The position numbers and the translations under genes were made by a program. DNA of 64,000 nucleotides from a bacterium (lineage in GTDB: Bacteria; RBG-13-61-14; DATKZS01): positions 128,001 to 192,000 of the forward strand of contig CAXXFL010000007.1 of the NCBI GenBank assembly GCA_963674965.2, written 5' to 3'. Position 1 is the first letter of the stretch. Every line of letters starts with the position of its first letter. Below the pieces are notes generated by a model. It was not told where the DNA came from and made no database searches. It was given only the letters and a program-made list of their open reading frames with translations. Shown piece after piece: positions 58,941 through 64,000 of the stretch.

Positions 58941-61900
58941 ATGAAAAGAATTTTATCAATCGGTACAACCCTAGCCATCATCCTCCTCGCCATGCTTTCT
59001 TCACCCGCCCGGGCGCAGGACTCCGACGCGGACGGCATGCCCGACGCCTGGGAAAACGCGCATGGATGTCTTCAGGCGGGCACGGCCGACGGCGGAGTGG
59101 ATTACGACTCGGACGGCCTGACCAGCCTGGCCGAGTACCAGTATTCCCCCCAAATGGACCCGTGCTCGGCCGACTCCGACGAGGACGGGAGCGATGACGG
59201 CGACGAGTACTCGTCCGGCTCGAACCCAGCGGACGCCAGGATCGTTCCCGGCTACGTCCGGGAGGGAAGCGAAAAAAGGATCACCTATACCAACTCGGCC
59301 TCTCAGTATCCCTCCCTGCAATGGGCCGATTCCGTGTACGGCCTGTCCTGGACCGACTACTACTCGGGCGTGGCGGAAATCTACCAACGGCGACTCGAGC
59401 TGGATGGGGACACGCTCGGCTACTGGCAGAGAATCTCCTACTACGGCAACGCGGTCCAGTCCAGCCTGGCCTGGTCGGGCTCCGAGTTCGGACTTTCCTG
59501 GAACGATACCGGCGGCGAGATCAAGTTCCTCCGTATCAGCGACGGCGACTCGATAATCGGCTACCCCATAACCGCGGTCATGCATGAGGCGGGCAACGAA
59601 ACTCTTTACCCGGAGCTTGTATGGGCCGACACTCAATACGGCCTGGTCTGGTCTCGCGGTAACGGCCAGTTTCGGCCCATGGGCGCCGACGGCGACACCT
59701 CCTCCTACTCCATCATGGACGTCAGCATCCACGGGGCCCTCAGTCCGCCCTCCATGGTATGGACCGGGTCCGAGTATGGACTGGCCCTGCACGACGACAC
59801 GGGCATAACCTTCCGCCGACTCGATCCCTCGGGAATGGGTCTCAGCATGGCCTACCTGGGCGACTTAGGCCAGAACCCGTCCGCGGCCTGGACCGGCTCC
59901 GAGTTCGGCGTCGTCTGGGACAGGAACGACCTGGACGGACAGGCCGTGTACTTCGCCCGCCTCTCCGCCCAGGGCGCGGTAATCGAGAGCGACATAAGAC
60001 TGACCGATCTCGACCTTTCCTGTTACGACCCTTCCATCGCCTGGAACGGCTCGGTCTACGGCGTGGCCTGGTCCGACTCGGCCATGCCCGCCAACGCGGA
60101 GGTCTATTTCAAAACCATCTCCCTCCAGGGGGAGGACAGGGGAAACGTTTCGGCGGCCTCGACGGGCTTCGACTCGAGCGACTCCCCTACCCTGGCCTGG
60201 AACGGCCACGGCTTCGGGCTGGTCTTCCGGGACCGGCGAGACGCCAATTACGAGATTTACTTCGCGAGCTTCGAGCCCGACGCCGATGGGGACGGACTTA
60301 CCGAGGCCATGGAGTCGGCCCTGGGGACCAGCGCCTCCGACTGGGACAGCGACGGCGACGGCATGGCCGACGGATGGGAATACTACTTCTCCTATTGCGG
60401 CCTTAACGCCAACTCGGTGGACGCCGGCCAGGACCCCGACGGCGACGGCGTGTCGAATATCGACGAACACTCGCTGGGAACCATCCCCTGCGACCCCGAC
60501 ACGGACGACGACATGCTCTGCGACGGCGACACCGGCGTCATGGACGGAGCGACCATCTGCTATCCCGGCGAGGATGTCAACGTCAACGGCGTGATCGATC
60601 CCACCGAGACGGACCCAACCGACCAGGACACGGACGACGACCAGTTGTCCGACTACGAGGAGGTATACTCGCATTCGACCGATCCCCTCGATCCCGACAC
60701 CGACGGCGGCGGCGAACTCGACGGCAAAGAGGTCTTTTTCGCCCGCGACCCCAACGACCCGGCCGACGACTGGGCCGAGATCGACATAGGCGACGGCTCG
60801 GACCTCTGGCATTACCCTCTCGCCGCCTACTACCACGACGCCAGGACCCAGGTCATCTACAAGGCCTCGGAAATCGGGAGGTCGGGAGAGCTTAAGTCCC
60901 TGTCTCTTAACGTGGCGGTCGCGCCGGGAATAATGCTCCAGAACTTCACCGTCCGGGTTAAGCACACTTCCCTCGAGGAGTATCCCGAGACGCCGTCCTG
61001 GGAAGGATGGGACTGGACCACGGTCTATCAGATTAACCAGTACTTCTCGACGGGATGGTACGAAATCTACTTCACCTTCCCTTTCCTTTACAACGGCGTA
61101 GACAACCTTATGATCGACTTCAGCTTCAACAATTCCGAATACGAAACCAACGGCTGGGTCCGGGCCACCAACTCGGGAGACGACCGTTCCCTTTTCTTCC
61201 AGACCGACAGCGGCTACGGCGACCCGCTCATGTGGTCCGACACCGTTTATCCCGTTCCAGGCGTGGAAACCCTCGTGCCCGACGTTAAACTCGTCATCGG
61301 CCCTCCTTCCGACTCCGACGGAGACGGCATGCCCGATTACTGGGAGCGCGTCTACGCGTGCCTCGATTATACCAGCGTCGACGACGAGTCCGACTCCGAT
61401 TACGACGGCCTGACCAACGGCGAGGAATTCGGGGAGTCCACCGACCCCTGCTTCAGCGACACCGATTACGACGGGATTATCGATTACGACGAGGTCTACC
61501 TGTACGGCACCTCCCCCATCAGCCAGGACACGGACGGCGACGGCATGCCCGACGGCTACGAGATATGGGCGGGAGACACCTGCGGGCTCGATCCGACCTA
61601 CGGCGACTCGGCTGAGGACGCCGACTCGGACGGTCTTACCAACCTCGAGGAATACGGCGAGAGCACCGGCGTTTGCGTTCCGGACACCGACGACGACGGA
61701 CTCGAGGACGGAGAGGAGGTTCATACTTACTTCTCCGACCCGCTCAGCTACGACACCGACGGCGACTCGATCGGGGACGGTGACGAAATTCACGTCTACG
61801 GGACCGACCCCAACGACGTGGACTCGGACAACGACTACTTCGATGACGGATACGAGGTCTACTACTCTTTCACGGACCCGGCCGACCCCGACACCGACGG

Positions 61901-64000
61901 CGACGGGCTCGAGGACGGAGAGGAAATGTACTACGCGGCCGATCCCCTCGACCCGGACGTGGACGACGACGGGCTAAGCGACGGCGACGAGATTTTTATC
62001 TGGGACACCGAGCTTTGGGACTGGGACTCGGACGGAGACTCGGTCGGAGACGGGGTCGAGTCGATCCACGGCGCCGACGCCCTCGACTCGGATATTATCC
62101 CGAGCCTTGTCGAGATTGAAGACGACTTCCGAATAAGCTTCAACGGAGCCGTGGGCCTCGCGCCCGACCTGGCGGCCGGAGGAAGCTGGCTCGGCTCGGT
62201 CTGGCAGGACCACCGATACGGAAACGGCGAAATCTATTTCAGGTCCTTCTCCTTCGACGGGGAGACGACCAACCCTACCGTCCGGGTAACCAACGACGCC
62301 GCCGTGAGCCAAGCGCCGGCCATCGCCGCCGACGGCCAGGGGTTCGGACTGGCGTGGATCGACGCGAGGCCCGGCGCGTACCAGACCTATTTCGCCGGCA
62401 TGAGCGAGACGGGGACCAAACTGACGGCAGACGTGAGAATCTCCAGCGGCTCGGGAAACAACTTCGACCCCGACGTGGCCTGGGCCGACTCGGCCTACGC
62501 CGTGGTCTGGGCCGACGGCCGAGGGTCGTCCCTCGAGGTCTACTTCAGGGGAGTCAGCGCCGGAGGCACTTTATTAACCACCGAGATTTCCCTTACGGGA
62601 GGAGACTCGACCGACTCGAAGCAACCCGCCATCGCCTGGACCGGCTCCGAGTTCGGACTGGCCTGGAGCGACCTGCGCGACGGCGGCTCTGAGGAAGTCT
62701 ATTTCGCCCGCGTAAGCCCGAGCGGGACCGTGCTCACCCAAACGAGGATCACCAACATGTGGGGCCCCAGTATAAAGCCCGATCTGGCCTGGGGAGACTC
62801 GTCCTTTGGACTGGTATGGTCCGAATTCGGCGCGGGCGGCAACCAGATAATGTTCCAGCGCGTGACCCAGGTGGGAGACACCATCGGCCCGGCCAGATCG
62901 ATTTCCAGGGAATTCAGCTCCAAGTATACTCCCCGTATTTCATGGGACGGCTATACCTTCGGCGTGACATGGGAGGACCAGAGATACGGAAGCGGCGAGA
63001 TATACGCCATTGCCCTCATCGAGCAGGGATTGCCCGTTTGCGATGAAACCAGAATAACTCACGACATGTACGCCAGCCAGGAGCCGGCCATCGCCTTTGG
63101 AGGAAGCTGGTTCACCGTGGCCTGGGTCGACGCTCGGGACGGGGACAGTCAAATCTACGCCACTCGATTCGACCTGGACCTGGACGGAGACGGCATGGCC
63201 GGACTGGAAGAGATAGAAATTGCCACCGATCCCCTCGACTGGGACTCCGACGACGACGGCATAGGCGACCTCGAGGAAACCGTCTCCGGCGACGACGGCT
63301 ACGTTACCGACCCGCTCGATCCCGACACCGACGACGGAGGGGAGACCGACGGAGACGAGGTCGCGGGCGGCCGAGACCCGCTCGATCCCCTCGACGACGT
63401 GGTCTTGATCCCTCCCATCGGGACCGGCACCGCGAGCTGGTACTATCCGCTCGCCTCCGGATATTACAAGGCCCGCACCCAAACCATTTACTACGCCGAG
63501 GAAATCGGACGATCGGGCAACATCCAAACCCTGTCCCTCAACGTGACCTGGGTACCCGGATCGACCCTTTCCAACTTCACTATCCGCATGAAACACACCG
63601 AGGACTCGGCCTACGCCGAGGAGGACGGCTTCGACCCCTCCGGCTGGCAGACCGTGTTCCAGGATGACGTGACGATATCTCTCGAGGGATGGAACCGCTT
63701 CATCTTCGACTCCGACTTCGCCTACAATGGGTCAGACAATCTTATGGTCGACGTCAGCTTCTCCAATTCCCTGTACTCCGACGACGGCTACGTAAAGACC
63801 TCGAGGGGAGACCAGTACCGAACCGTCTACGCCAGGTGCGACTTCTGCGCGGGCGAGCCCACCGAGTGGGGCGTGTCTCTTTTGCCCGAGCCCAACCGCT
63901 CCAGGAACTATCCCAATATAATGCTCGGCATATCGCTTCCCACCGACGACGACGGCGACGGCCTCCCGAACTTCTGGGAGGACAATTACGCCTGCATGCA
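58941..64000 (+). CDS. Giant secreted Ca-binding repeat surface protein (>1686 aa, runs off the window)
   Basis: Absent from the ORF track because it has no stop. Signal peptide MKRIL...ARA, many DxDxDG (TSP3-like) repeats, P.LAW.GSEFGLAW propeller-like repeats, duplicated YPLA..Y domain. Confidence 0.88.
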   Translation, partial: MKRILSIGTTLAIILLAMLSSPARAQDSDADGMPDAWENAHGCLQAGTADGGVDYDSDGLTSLAEYQYSPQMDPCSADSDEDGSDDGDEYSSGSNPADARIVPGYVREGSEKRITYTNSASQYPSLQWADSVYGLSWTDYYSGVAEIYQRRLELDGDTLGYWQRISYYGNAVQSSLAWSGSEFGLSWNDTGGEIKFLRISDGDSIIGYPITAVMHEAGNETLYPELVWADTQYGLVWSRGNGQFRPMGADGDTSSYSIMDVSIHGALSPPSMVWTGSEYGLALHDDTGITFRRLDPSGMGLSMAYLGDLGQNPSAAWTGSEFGVVWDRNDLDGQAVYFARLSAQGAVIESDIRLTDLDLSCYDPSIAWNGSVYGVAWSDSAMPANAEVYFKTISLQGEDRGNVSAASTGFDSSDSPTLAWNGHGFGLVFRDRRDANYEIYFASFEPDADGDGLTEAMESALGTSASDWDSDGDGMADGWEYYFSYCGLNANSVDAGQDPDGDGVSNIDEHSLGTIPCDPDTDDDMLCDGDTGVMDGATICYPGEDVNVNGVIDPTETDPTDQDTDDDQLSDYEEVYSHSTDPLDPDTDGGGELDGKEVFFARDPNDPADDWAEIDIGDGSDLWHYPLAAYYHDARTQVIYKASEIGRSGELKSLSLNVAVAPGIMLQNFTVRVKHTSLEEYPETPSWEGWDWTTVYQINQYFSTGWYEIYFTFPFLYNGVDNLMIDFSFNNSEYETNGWVRATNSGDDRSLFFQTDSGYGDPLMWSDTVYPVPGVETLVPDVKLVIGPPSDSDGDGMPDYWERVYACLDYTSVDDESDSDYDGLTNGEEFGESTDPCFSDTDYDGIIDYDEVYLYGTSPISQDTDGDGMPDGYEIWAGDTCGLDPTYGDSAEDADSDGLTNLEEYGESTGVCVPDTDDDGLEDGEEVHTYFSDPLSYDTDGDSIGDGDEIHVYGTDPNDVDSDNDYFDDGYEVYYSFTDPADPDTDGDGLEDGEEMYYAADPLDPDVDDDGLSDGDEIFIWDTELWDWDSDGDSVGDGVESIHGADALDSDIIPSLVEIEDDFRISFNGAVGLAPDLAAGGSWLGSVWQDHRYGNGEIYFRSFSFDGETTNPTVRVTNDAAVSQAPAIAADGQGFGLAWIDARPGAYQTYFAGMSETGTKLTADVRISSGSGNNFDPDVAWADSAYAVVWADGRGSSLEVYFRGVSAGGTLLTTEISLTGGDSTDSKQPAIAWTGSEFGLAWSDLRDGGSEEVYFARVSPSGTVLTQTRITNMWGPSIKPDLAWGDSSFGLVWSEFGAGGNQIMFQRVTQVGDTIGPARSISREFSSKYTPRISWDGYTFGVTWEDQRYGSGEIYAIALIEQGLPVCDETRITHDMYASQEPAIAFGGSWFTVAWVDARDGDSQIYATRFDLDLDGDGMAGLEEIEIATDPLDWDSDDDGIGDLEETVSGDDGYVTDPLDPDTDDGGETDGDEVAGGRDPLDPLDDVVLIPPIGTGTASWYYPLASGYYKARTQTIYYAEEIGRSGNIQTLSLNVTWVPGSTLSNFTIRMKHTEDSAYAEEDGFDPSGWQTVFQDDVTISLEGWNRFIFDSDFAYNGSDNLMVDVSFSNSLYSDDGYVKTSRGDQYRTVYARCDFCAGEPTEWGVSLLPEPNRSRNYPNIMLGISLPTDDDGDGLPNFWEDNYACM

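Overview
Bacterial, GC-rich chromosomal window. Gene content (stressosome, PAS kinases, Cys-rich ferredoxin, long GyrB) is compatible with a deltaproteobacteria-like lineage; that is inference only. In order: the start of a sugar-modification operon (yjbQ-like, polysaccharide deacetylase, DegT aminotransferase, NAD epimerase); a highly structured intergenic region; a 1642-aa thioester alpha-2-macroglobulin with a GspG-like insert; three tandem RDD-family membrane proteins, two sharing an identical 354-bp 3' block; acyl-CoA dehydrogenase and fadH; an rsbR-S-T-X-T' stressosome operon; a complete RIT element (three tyrosine recombinases, 30-bp terminal inverted repeats) just upstream of a LuxR-type gene; a cluster of secreted hydrolases, an orphan DctP and a radical SAM gene; galU and pyrR-B-C with a PyrR attenuator; a PAS kinase plus a REC-GcvH-like regulator; housekeeping genes (engB, rsmD, def, gyrB); an AT-rich insert ending in a CAGATCT-repeat scar that abuts a gene remnant; and the first ~1686 codons of a giant Ca-binding repeat surface protein. 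No tRNA, rRNA or CRISPR array was recognised. All calls come from reading motifs by eye; no database search was run.
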